Assembly: GCA_040218735.1 (NCBI GenBank)
Contig: JAVJQW010000038.1
Location: 32,001-96,000, forward strand
DNA from: Deltaproteobacteria bacterium
Lineage (GTDB): Bacteria > Myxococcota > Kuafuiibacteriia > Kuafuiibacteriales > Kuafuiibacteriaceae
Direction: 5' to 3'
DNA length: 64,000 nt
The notes under the pieces are model-generated. The model was not told the origin of the DNA. It saw only the letters and a list, made by a program, of their open reading frames with translations, and ran no database searches. A program made the translations under genes and the position numbers. Position 1 is the stretch's first letter, and every line of letters begins with the position of its first letter. Below, in pieces: positions 1 through 8,831 of the stretch.

Positions 1-198
1 GTTGTAGACGTTCGACCACTCGGGGTGGTGGTCCATCTTCTCGGCGTACAGGGCGACCTTCGCCATGAAGCCGAAGGCCGCCGTGAAGTCGTCGAACTTC
101 AGGTCGCGGTGCAGCTTGCCGTCCACGATGGACCACGCGGGGACCTTCGCGAGGTGTGTCTTCAGTTCGTCGTCGCCGAGGCGTTCGGGTCGGGCCAT
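1..198 (-). CDS. phhB: Pterin-4-alpha-carbinolamine dehydratase (partial, runs off window start)
   Basis: Not in the ORF track. Manual translation from ATG 198: [66 protein letters not shown], containing the PCD signature HHPEW.NVYN. Confidence 0.9.
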   Translation of the reverse strand, partial: MARPERLGDDELKTHLAKVPAWSIVDGKLHRDLKFDDFTAAFGFMAKVALYAEKMDHHPEWSNVYN

Positions 199-218
199 GC
201 GGCGACGACTAACATCGT

Positions 219-872
219 TCAGCGGTACTCGACGAGCACGTCGCCCGATTCGAGGATGTCGGTGTCCTCGGGGTCGCCGTACACCGTGACCGAGCCCGCG
301 CCGCTCACGGACCCGCGCACCGAGCGCGACGCGAAGATGGTCAGGTCGGAGTCGCCGCTCGCGGCGATTTCGACGTCGAGGGCCTCGAGGTTGCGCGTGT
401 GGATCTTCGAGTCGCCGCTCGCACCGATCGACAGTTTGTTGACCTCACCTTCCACGGCGATCTCGGAGGCGCCGTCGAGGTCGAGCTCGAAGTTGGCGGT
501 GCGGACGCCGAGCAGCTCGCTGCGCGTGTCGCCCGAGGCCGAGTACGCAATGAGCGCGGGGATCTCGATCTGCACGTCGGTGGCGGTGGTGTCGTAGAAG
601 CCGATGTCGGCGCTGGGGCGGATCTCGAGGACGTCGTCGACGACCTCGGTCTGGATGAGGTCGAGGAGGTTGTCGTCGAACCTGAGGAGGACCTTTTGGC
701 GTTTGCCGACCACGATGTCGACGTCGAGGTCGCCCGAGACCGAAACCGCGCGGAACGGCTCGAGGGAGCGTTCTTCTTCGAGGACCTCGCCGCTGCCGCG
801 AACGGCGCTGATGCAGCCAACGGACAGCGAGAGCGTGAGGGCGAGAGGGAGCGTGAAAATCGCGTTGCGCAT
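219..872 (-). CDS. GIN/DUF2807 (autotransporter-adhesin head-like) lipoprotein
   Basis: Start moved to MRNAIF (872). Lipobox-like SVGC, then [28 protein letters not shown], repeated ASGDS units and [13 protein letters not shown], typical of DUF2807. Confidence 0.8.
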   Translation of the reverse strand: MRNAIFTLPLALTLSLSVGCISAVRGSGEVLEEERSLEPFRAVSVSGDLDVDIVVGKRQKVLLRFDDNLLDLIQTEVVDDVLEIRPSADIGFYDTTATDVQIEIPALIAYSASGDTRSELLGVRTANFELDLDGASEIAVEGEVNKLSIGASGDSKIHTRNLEALDVEIAASGDSDLTIFASRSVRGSVSGAGSVTVYGDPEDTDILESGDVLVEYR

Positions 873-936
873 GCCTGGTTCGTTGGGGGCGGGGGGTGGC
901 TTTATGAATGTGACGGCGCGCGCCATGATGGAGGGG

Positions 937-3108
937 ATGCGCTACCTCCTGCTCCCGCTGGTCCTCCTGAGCCTCGTCGCGTGCAACGGGGAGGACCCGG
1001 TCGATCCACCGCCGCCGGACACGACCGACCCGTGTGACGCGGACCCGTGCTTTGGCGGGGTCACGTGCACCGCGAACGGCGACGACTACACCTGCGGCGA
1101 CTGCCCCGCGGGGTACGAGGGCGACGGCGAGACCTGCACCGACGTCGACGCGTGCGCGGACGACCCGTGCTTCGCGGACGTCGCGTGCACCGACGTGGCC
1201 GCGCCCGGCACGGGATACACGTGCGGCGACTGCCCCGCGGGGTACGAGGGTGACGGCGAGACGTGCACCGACGTCGACGGGTGCGTCGGCGATCCCTGTT
1301 TCACCGATGTCGAGTGCACGGACCTGCCCGCGCCGATGACCGGGTACACGTGCGGCGACTGCCCGCCGGGCTACGAGGGCGACGGCGAGACGTGCACGGA
1401 CGTCGACGGGTGTGTCGGCGTGATGTGTTTCCCTGGCGTGATGTGTATGGACGTCCCCGCGCCGGGCACTGGGTACATGTGTGGCGCGTGCCCGCCGGGG
1501 CTCGAGGGCGACGGTGAGACGTGCACGGAGATCGACGGGTGCGCCGGTGAGCCGTGTTTGGTCGGCACCACGTGCACGGACATCCCGGCGCCGGGTGACG
1601 GGTTCACGTGCACGCAGTGCGAGGGTCCCGAGTGTCCGATCCTCCGCGCGCTCGCGGGGCCGGACCAGGACATCATCATCGGCGACACGGCGACGTTGAT
1701 GGGCGACGCGGTCGGGTTCAACGGCGCGTTCTCCTGCGCGTGGACGGGCGGGACGATCACCACGACGATCGCGACGTGCACGGCGATGGTCACGCCGACC
1801 GAGGACACGGTCTACACGCTGACGGTGACCGACGCGTCGGGGCTGCGCGCGAGTGATTCGATGGAGGTGCGGCTGGTCCCGTTCTCGGCGAACGCGGGGC
1901 CGGACCGGAACATCGAAGGGACCGAGACGGCGACGTTGACCGCGACGTGGGCGGGCGCGTCGTGCACGGACGACTCGTGCATCGAGTGCATGTGGCAGAC
2001 GTCGACGTCGTCGGTGGTGGGGACGACGTGCACGATCATGGTCTCGCCGGCGGCGACGACCCAGTACTTCCTGACCGTCACCGACACGAACACCGGGGCG
2101 TCCGACACCGACTCGGCCACGGTGTATCGGACGGACGCGCTCGCGCAGCTGTGCGGTTGGAACGTCGTGGTGCTCCGGAGCAACGAGTATCCGACCGGCG
2201 CGAACCCGAACTACATCTGCGACGGCGGCACGGCGCGGCGGCAGACGGTGAACGGGAAGCCGGCGATCGTGCTGTCGGATCTCGAGGTGTCGAACGTTCG
2301 GATCACGGGGCACATCGGCGTCGAGACCACGGGTGACGACGACCTGATCGGCTTCTTGTGGGGCTGGCAGAACCCGGCGCACAGCTATCTGATCTCGTGG
2401 AAGCAATCGAACCAGAACTGGACCGCGCGCTGCGGGAACGCGCTGTCGGGGCTGGCGATCAAGAAGATCGACGGCGCGGTGGGGTCGTCGACGACGGTCT
2501 CCTTCGAGCCGGCGTTCGGCTTCAACACGACGGACTACGTCTACAGCTGCGCGGATCTGTGGTCGACGGACCGCAACAACGCCGGCCTCCTCGGCGGCAA
2601 CTCGATCTACCTCGAGTCGCCGCGGGATCCGGGCGGCGTGACGCGCGGGTGGAGCGACAACACGACGTACCGGTTCGAGTTCTATTACACGCCGACGCGA
2701 ACGCGCATCCAGGTATGGTCGGACGACATGATGAGCGGGGCGACGGACGACCTCGTGGCTACGCTGGACGTCGTCGACTCGAGCTACCCGGAGGGGGCCT
2801 TCGCGTTCTTCTCGAACTCCCAGGCGCAGGTCGCGTTCGGTGACTTCCTGCTCGCGTCGCTCGACGATTTCGAGGCGCGCGCCGGTTCGGACCGCACGGT
2901 GGCCGCGGGGTCGGTGGTGACGCTGAACGGCACGGCCAACCTCGCGGTGCCGCCGTACCTGTGTGAGTGGTCGATGGGGACGACGGTGCTGAGCAGCGAC
3001 TGCTCGTTCGAGGTGACGCCGACCATGACGTCGACCTTCGAGCTGATGGTGACGGACGCCTTCGGCCGGGTGTCGACGGACGACGTGACCCTGACGGTGG
3101 CGCCGTAG
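937..3108 (+). CDS. Lipoprotein with thrombospondin-type EGF repeats, PKD/Ig-like domains and a TSP C-terminal-like (L-lectin) domain
   Basis: GGAGGGG just before ATG 937; lipobox LVAC; repeats CGDCPAGYEGDGETCTDVD; A.AGPD..I Ig starts; TGDDDLIGFLWGWQN...YLISWKQ motif. Confidence 0.8.
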   Translation: MRYLLLPLVLLSLVACNGEDPVDPPPPDTTDPCDADPCFGGVTCTANGDDYTCGDCPAGYEGDGETCTDVDACADDPCFADVACTDVAAPGTGYTCGDCPAGYEGDGETCTDVDGCVGDPCFTDVECTDLPAPMTGYTCGDCPPGYEGDGETCTDVDGCVGVMCFPGVMCMDVPAPGTGYMCGACPPGLEGDGETCTEIDGCAGEPCLVGTTCTDIPAPGDGFTCTQCEGPECPILRALAGPDQDIIIGDTATLMGDAVGFNGAFSCAWTGGTITTTIATCTAMVTPTEDTVYTLTVTDASGLRASDSMEVRLVPFSANAGPDRNIEGTETATLTATWAGASCTDDSCIECMWQTSTSSVVGTTCTIMVSPAATTQYFLTVTDTNTGASDTDSATVYRTDALAQLCGWNVVVLRSNEYPTGANPNYICDGGTARRQTVNGKPAIVLSDLEVSNVRITGHIGVETTGDDDLIGFLWGWQNPAHSYLISWKQSNQNWTARCGNALSGLAIKKIDGAVGSSTTVSFEPAFGFNTTDYVYSCADLWSTDRNNAGLLGGNSIYLESPRDPGGVTRGWSDNTTYRFEFYYTPTRTRIQVWSDDMMSGATDDLVATLDVVDSSYPEGAFAFFSNSQAQVAFGDFLLASLDDFEARAGSDRTVAAGSVVTLNGTANLAVPPYLCEWSMGTTVLSSDCSFEVTPTMTSTFELMVTDAFGRVSTDDVTLTVAP
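1033..1640 (+). repeat. Intragenic tandem repeat, 129-nt (43-aa) period, about 5 EGF units
   Basis: The equivalent Cys codon recurs at 1093, 1222, 1351, 1480 and 1609. Confidence 0.9.
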
Positions 3109-3157
3109 ACCGCACATTTGATTTGTCGAACGCGGGGCCTTCGGTCACGATGAGGTC

Positions 3158-3625
3158 GTGTCGGAGGCCAAGGACGGTCCGCTGGAGCGCATCGTCGCCG
3201 TCGCCGCGACGCAGCTCGATCTGCTGGAGGACGCCCGACGGCGGCCGGAGATCGACCGGGCTGGCCTGGCCGAGACCGCGCTCGAGCTGGTCCTGAAGGG
3301 CATCGCCGCCGAGGCGCGCGCGGCGGGGCTGGACACCTTCGCCCAGCGGCACGCGGCGTTCGCGGCGCGCGGGGGCGACGCGCAGCGGCACCTGATCGCC
3401 CTCGGTGAAGGTTGGGCGTGCCGGCACTGCAAGAATGACGTCGTCAGGAGCGTTCAGCTCGCGCGCGTCGACGATCGCTGGAAGGCGTCCCTCGTGTGCC
3501 GCGCGTGCGGGCGGGTCTCGCCGATCGCGCCGTTGGGGACGGCGGCGCTGGCGCGGCACTTCGGCGCCCTTTTGGAGGACGCCGACTGGGATCCGACCGA
3601 TAACGGGTTCGAGGTCGCGACGTGA
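3158..3625 (+). CDS. Hypothetical protein with C-terminal zinc ribbon
   Basis: Two CxxC pairs (CRHC...CRAC); GAGG before the GTG; 4-nt GTGA overlap with the next gene. Confidence 0.65.
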   Translation: MSEAKDGPLERIVAVAATQLDLLEDARRRPEIDRAGLAETALELVLKGIAAEARAAGLDTFAQRHAAFAARGGDAQRHLIALGEGWACRHCKNDVVRSVQLARVDDRWKASLVCRACGRVSPIAPLGTAALARHFGALLEDADWDPTDNGFEVAT

Positions 3626-5817
3626 CACGCATCCGCGACAAGGGCGCCTTCGGCGACATCGCACCGCGGCGGGACCCGATGACCGAGAGCGCCGCGTCCG
3701 CGTCGACACGCCTGCGGCAGCTCGGGATCGACGCCGCGGATCCGGTCGGGCCTTCGAACGTCGGGGCGTCGAAGATCATCGACGTCGTCGGCAAGGAGCG
3801 CTTCGCGAAGATCGACGCGGTGCGGGTGCCCGGGCGCGTGGCCTGGTTGAACTACGACCTCGCGCAACAGCTCGGCTTCGACGTCCCGCCGTCGGGTCGC
3901 CTGACGGGGGCGGCGGAGCGGTCGATCCTCGACGCCCTCGCGTGGCGCATCCCAGGGCCCAACGAGGACGTCGGCGACCGCGAGACGCTCCGAGTGTTCG
4001 CGGACCGCTACGGTGGCACCGGGCTCGGCGTCGCGCAGGGGTCGGGCCGGACCGCGTTCCTGCCGTACGGCAACCTCGCGATCAAGGGCATCGGCAAGAC
4101 GCCGTTGTCCCCCGAACACGACAGCGACTTTCTGCACTCACACGGCGGCGCGCCGATGCGCGAGGGCTTCGTCGAGGCGATCTGGGGCGAGGTGAACGCG
4201 AACCTCTTCACCGAAGGCTCCACGCGCATCCTCGCGGTGATCGACACGGGTGACTTCACCGAGTTCCCCGATGGGACGAAGGAGCGCCGTGCGTTGATCG
4301 TGCGAGCCGGTTCGCAGCTCCGTCCGGCGCACCTGCTCGGCGACCGAGACTCGGGGCACAAGACGACGCCGGTGATCTTCGCGCGCGCGGCCAAGGAGTC
4401 CGGCCACCTCGTGACGCGCGAGGTGAACGGCAAGACGGTCATGGACTTCGGCGCGACGCTCGACAGCCTGATCGATGCCCACGCGAAGACGGCGGCCGAA
4501 CAGGTGCGATGGCGGGTCCTGCACGGCGCGGTCAGCTCGTCGAACATGGAGATCGACGGCGGACAGCTCGACCTCGCGACGCAGACCTCGCAGCCCCACA
4601 CCGCGCCGATTCATATCCTTCGCGGGACGGCGCCCTTCCTCTCCGAGCACCAGGAGCGCGTCGCGGAGCTGCAGCGAATGGCGAGCGCGGTGTTCTCGGG
4701 GTTCTCGAAGGCGGAGCGGACGTTGTTCGCCGCGAAGAAGCCGCAGGTGTCGCGCCCGTTCATGGACCGGTACGCGGAGCACCTCGACCTGCAGCTCGCG
4801 AAGGCCGCGGGGCTCAAGACAGAGGTTGCGAAGCGCTTGCCGCGTTCGGTGGTCGAGCCCTTCGCGCGCGTGGTGCGCGACCTCGCGGCGTTGACCAACG
4901 TCGACGGGCGCTTCAACGCGGACAAAGAGGTGCATCGCGACAAGTCGGCGGTCGACGTGTTCAACGTGCTCCGTCGGCTGCCAGCGATCTACTTCGCCGA
5001 CCCGCAGGGCGACCACTCGGCGGCGATCCGCGATTTGCTCCGGACGAAGATCGACGGCAACCCGCGCGCGGCGGGGCTGCTCGCCAACAAGATCGACGCG
5101 CTGGTCGCCGAGCTCGGGCCGGCCTACGCCGCGTTGATGGAGGCGGCCCGAAACGACCCCGCCTATGACGACGCCGACGCGATGGTCCGCTCGGTCGGTC
5201 AGCGCGCGGCGTTCGAGAACATGCCGCTGGATCGGCTCTACAAGGCGGAGCTTCACCAAGGCCTGATCGAGCAGATCGACGCCTACGCTTGGCACAACGA
5301 CCCGAGCATCTTCCGCGAGGCGATCGACAAGACCGTCAGCGCGTCCCTGCGGAGCGTCGACGCGCTGATCGGCCAGGGCACCGCGCGCCGCCTCGACGAC
5401 GGCGGCCTCGAGCTCGGGCGCCGCACGATCGACGGCATCGACTACGCAGTGCACGCTTGGGACGGCGGGCGTCGACGCCTCCACCTCGAGATGCCGGTTG
5501 GAAAGGACGGCGCGCTCACGTCGCTCCCCGGCGCGCCGCGCTTGTCCAACGCGCAGCTCGACAACCTCGTGTACCGGTTCACGACCGACGGTTGGCGCAC
5601 CACGCAGGAGGTCGAGGCCAAGCGCGACGGCGACACCGTCACGTTCGACATCCCGGTGCTCGGCTCCGACGTCGGCCAGCTCGAGGGTGTGTTCTACGCG
5701 GACGCCGGCGCGTTCTGGCTGAAGGACGGCGCCTCGAACTTCCGCGGCTACAGCTTCGCGGTCCCGGACCGCGCCGAGCTGGCGCAGGTGGAAGACGCAC
5801 TCAGTTCGCGAGGATGA
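3622..5817 (+). CDS. Divergent SelO/YdiU-family (MchC-like) pseudokinase-fold protein with C-terminal CBM21-like domain
   Basis: Motifs VAWLNYDLA, ADRYGG.G.G...GSGR, IKGIGKTPL, HSHGGA.MRE...E, STRILAVI, HGAVSSSN; C-terminal YRFTTDGWRTT...FDIP. Confidence 0.7.
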   Translation: MTRIRDKGAFGDIAPRRDPMTESAASASTRLRQLGIDAADPVGPSNVGASKIIDVVGKERFAKIDAVRVPGRVAWLNYDLAQQLGFDVPPSGRLTGAAERSILDALAWRIPGPNEDVGDRETLRVFADRYGGTGLGVAQGSGRTAFLPYGNLAIKGIGKTPLSPEHDSDFLHSHGGAPMREGFVEAIWGEVNANLFTEGSTRILAVIDTGDFTEFPDGTKERRALIVRAGSQLRPAHLLGDRDSGHKTTPVIFARAAKESGHLVTREVNGKTVMDFGATLDSLIDAHAKTAAEQVRWRVLHGAVSSSNMEIDGGQLDLATQTSQPHTAPIHILRGTAPFLSEHQERVAELQRMASAVFSGFSKAERTLFAAKKPQVSRPFMDRYAEHLDLQLAKAAGLKTEVAKRLPRSVVEPFARVVRDLAALTNVDGRFNADKEVHRDKSAVDVFNVLRRLPAIYFADPQGDHSAAIRDLLRTKIDGNPRAAGLLANKIDALVAELGPAYAALMEAARNDPAYDDADAMVRSVGQRAAFENMPLDRLYKAELHQGLIEQIDAYAWHNDPSIFREAIDKTVSASLRSVDALIGQGTARRLDDGGLELGRRTIDGIDYAVHAWDGGRRRLHLEMPVGKDGALTSLPGAPRLSNAQLDNLVYRFTTDGWRTTQEVEAKRDGDTVTFDIPVLGSDVGQLEGVFYADAGAFWLKDGASNFRGYSFAVPDRAELAQVEDALSSRG

Positions 5818-5827
5818 TGCGCACCGA

Positions 5828-6655
5828 TCACGGGAACCGCCCGGCGGTCGCGCGTACGCGGTCGCCGTGGCGTCGCCATAGCGCGAGCTCGTCTTCGGTC
5901 GGGGGCGGGGCGTCGAGTGTCGCGAGGTTCGCCTCGAGCTCGCGACGATCGTTCGGTGCCGTGAGCGCGACCGTCACCGCGGGATGGGCGAGCGCGAAGC
6001 GGTAACAGTCCGGCGGGGACATCGCCGGCGTTTGGTCCGTGGCTTCGAGGAGCGCGCCCCACCGGGTGCACGTGAACGCGACGATCGGCGTCGCCAATGC
6101 ACGGTGGAAGATCTCGGCCTCGGCGCCCCGGTGCGCGGCGTTGTAACGCACCATCGCGACGTCGACCGACCCCTCGTCGAGGATGTCGCGCGCCAGGGGG
6201 CGCTGGTGCGAAGTGAACCCGAAGCGCCGAACACGTCCGTCGCTGCGCGCCGCTTCGATCGCCGTACGCGCTCCGGCTCGACCTTGGATCTGTCGCCACT
6301 CCGCGTCCGACTCCAGGTAGTACGCGGTGACGACGTCGAGGTAGTCGGTGCCGAGTGTCTCGAGCATGGCGTCGAGCTCGCGCTCGGCGTCGTCGGCGTC
6401 GCGGGCGTCGAGCTGCGTCGCGATGATCACCCGCGCCCGCTCGCTCGCGCCGAGGTTGCGCACGGCGGCGGCGAGGCCGTCGTCGTGGCCGCACCAGTTG
6501 AGGTAGCCGATGCCCCGTTCGATCGCGTTGGCGACGTCGTCGCCGGTGAGGTGGGTGTTCCCCCGGCTCGCGAGGCCGAGCGCGGCGACGGGCGGCAAGC
6601 CGTCGAAGGCAGGGTAGGGTTCGCCGAACGGGCGCAGAGATTTCCTGAGCACCAT
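5828..6655 (-). CDS. Aldo/keto reductase family protein
   Basis: Start moved to MVLRKS (6655); LETLGTDYLDVV, GRVRRFGFTSH, MVRYNAAH, CYRFALAHPAV. Confidence 0.8.
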   Translation of the reverse strand: MVLRKSLRPFGEPYPAFDGLPPVAALGLASRGNTHLTGDDVANAIERGIGYLNWCGHDDGLAAAVRNLGASERARVIIATQLDARDADDAERELDAMLETLGTDYLDVVTAYYLESDAEWRQIQGRAGARTAIEAARSDGRVRRFGFTSHQRPLARDILDEGSVDVAMVRYNAAHRGAEAEIFHRALATPIVAFTCTRWGALLEATDQTPAMSPPDCYRFALAHPAVTVALTAPNDRRELEANLATLDAPPPTEDELALWRRHGDRVRATAGRFP

Positions 6656-6674
6656 GTGGGTGTCATCGACGATA

Positions 6675-8831
6675 ATGAAATCCGCAGTCGTGCGCGTCGG
6701 GCCCCAGATCTTTTCGGATCCGTTCCAGGATCCGACCCCCTCCGCGCAGGCGGTCGAGGGCGCCCAGTGGCCGCAGGCGCTGCAGGGGCTGGCCGGGGCG
6801 GTCGAGTCCTGGTCGTTTCCGCCGACGGAGCTGGGGTCGTTCCTCAGCGCGCGCTCGCCCGAGACGGCGCGGCTCGTGCTCACGAACGCCGCCGGAACGC
6901 TCGGCGCGATCGCGAAGCGCATCGAACGGCGCGGCGTCGACAAGTCGACCACCTCGGCGCTGCTGCAGGCGGCGAAGACCGTGGACCAGGCCTTGGCGCC
7001 GGCGACCCTCGGGCACGCGACGGACATCGAAGCCCACATGTTGGAGGCCGCGCTCCGCACGCTGTCCGACGCCCTCGCGCCGCACGCGGAGAAGAACCAG
7101 CACACCGAGGCGCTCGCCGAGCAGCTCCACCTCGCGCTCGCGCGTCCGTCGAACGACGACGTCGCCGAAGAGCTCGTGCTCGAGCCGCACGACGGCGGTC
7201 TGTTCCTCGCGGAGCCGGAGTCGGACCGTGCGCCGCTCCGCATTCTGCACGAGGGGGCGATCGACGACGACGTCATGGCGCAGCTGATCGCGCTCGCCGG
7301 TGAGCGGCCCCTTCAGCTCGCGGACCTCGAAGGAGAGTCGGCCGCGCATCTGTGGCGCGGACCGAAGGGGGAGGTGCGCTGCGACGACGTCGCGCTCGTC
7401 GCGAAGCACCCGCAGGCCCTCGAGCTGGCGACGGTCGGTTCGGTCGACGCGCTCGACGACCTGCTCACGGCGACGGATGCCCACGGGCTTTCGCGTGTGC
7501 ACCTGCACCTCGACACGGACGAGGCGCTGCCGGCGTTCGGCGCGGCGCTCGTCGCGCTCGAGGCGGTCTCGAACCGCGAGCCGAACCACACCGTCACGGT
7601 GCGGGACGCGTCCGACAACCTGGTCTTCACCGCCAAGCCGACGCCACAGGGCTGGTCGATCCAGCTGCCGGCCGTTCCGAAGGTTCAGGCGGCGGAGGTC
7701 GACGGTGTCATCGGGCGCGCGCTCGACCAGGCGAACGTCGCGGAGCTCACGTTCGACGGCGTGGGTTTCTCGCGCACGGCGAGTGGAGAGGTCCAGCCGC
7801 AGGTGCCGCGCGGGAAGGAGCTCCGCCAGGTCTTCCGCTCCGTCGCGCCGATCCTCGCGCACCAGACGGCGAGCGCGCTGGGCCTGGGCGAAGGCAAGCA
7901 GGGGCGCGCCGTGCTGCGGCCTTTCTTCCGCGACGCGGTCGATCACCTCAACAACACCAAGGACGAAGAGGCCGTCCTGATGCGCGACGCGAGCGCTTGG
8001 GTGTCGGCGATCAAGGAGATGGCGGCCTACGCTGCGTCGTCGCCCGCGCGTAAGGACAAGCTCCTGTCGGTGTTCACGAAGATCGTGCGCCGCTCCGAGT
8101 CCCCGGCGAACGACGGCTTCGGCAACGCGCTGTTCCGCGGCCACGCACGTGCGCGGAACGCGTTCGACCTCGTGCGCGGGGTGACGGCGTCCATCGACGA
8201 AAAAGAGACGGACACTTTCCTCGCGAAGGCGGAGGCCCTGTTCGATCTGAACGTGCGTGGCGCGGTCGTCGGACTCGCGCGCGACGCGGTGCTCTCCGAG
8301 GATCGCAAGCGGCGCAACTCGGCGCGCACCGAGGAGCGTTGCCTCCGTGCCCTCGCAGGGCAGGCGGACGCGGTGCGGACCGCCACGGACAAGGTCATGG
8401 TCGCCGTCTTGCCGACCGACCGAACGCACGGCCGGTCGAAGACACCCACGCCGGACTTCTTCGTGCGTCGCAGCGGCAAGTCGTCGAACGCGGAGGTCGC
8501 GGTCGACGCCAAGGCGCGCGCCGCGATCGGCATCCTCGAACGCGGCGACACCGGCGTCTCCGAAGCCGCGAACCAGGTGTTCGGCCACCGCTTCGGCGAG
8601 ATGCCGGCGGACGAGGGCCTCATCATGCTCGACGTGTACGGGGGCTCCCATAGGGATCGGAGCGAGGTCCTCGCCCGCATTCAAAGCGATCTCGACGCCG
8701 AGTCGGGTTCACTCTGGGTGCAAGTCAGCTTGCGCCCCGAGGACGGCCCCAGCGAGGTCGTCACGCTTCGGCAGACCGGGCAGGCCCAGGCCGAGCTCCC
8801 CACCGCTCTGCGCCCTGGCGCCGTCCTCTAA
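6675..8831 (+). CDS. Large hypothetical protein with possible C-terminal PD-(D/E)xK nuclease domain
   Basis: ~718-aa ORF with normal amino-acid composition; C-terminal E...TPDFFV...VDAK...AANQ pattern. Confidence 0.6.
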   Translation: MKSAVVRVGPQIFSDPFQDPTPSAQAVEGAQWPQALQGLAGAVESWSFPPTELGSFLSARSPETARLVLTNAAGTLGAIAKRIERRGVDKSTTSALLQAAKTVDQALAPATLGHATDIEAHMLEAALRTLSDALAPHAEKNQHTEALAEQLHLALARPSNDDVAEELVLEPHDGGLFLAEPESDRAPLRILHEGAIDDDVMAQLIALAGERPLQLADLEGESAAHLWRGPKGEVRCDDVALVAKHPQALELATVGSVDALDDLLTATDAHGLSRVHLHLDTDEALPAFGAALVALEAVSNREPNHTVTVRDASDNLVFTAKPTPQGWSIQLPAVPKVQAAEVDGVIGRALDQANVAELTFDGVGFSRTASGEVQPQVPRGKELRQVFRSVAPILAHQTASALGLGEGKQGRAVLRPFFRDAVDHLNNTKDEEAVLMRDASAWVSAIKEMAAYAASSPARKDKLLSVFTKIVRRSESPANDGFGNALFRGHARARNAFDLVRGVTASIDEKETDTFLAKAEALFDLNVRGAVVGLARDAVLSEDRKRRNSARTEERCLRALAGQADAVRTATDKVMVAVLPTDRTHGRSKTPTPDFFVRRSGKSSNAEVAVDAKARAAIGILERGDTGVSEAANQVFGHRFGEMPADEGLIMLDVYGGSHRDRSEVLARIQSDLDAESGSLWVQVSLRPEDGPSEVVTLRQTGQAQAELPTALRPGAVL

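Noticed and set aside
1033-1640. Regular 129-nt repeats as a CRISPR array
   Set aside because: In-frame coding EGF repeats with no unique spacers and no cas genes in the window.
445-3117. Long antisense ORFs (445-3117, 22386-25094, 34385-38254, 46497-49106 and similar)
   Set aside because: Arg/Pro/His-rich shadow frames of real high-GC genes on the other strand; no motifs.
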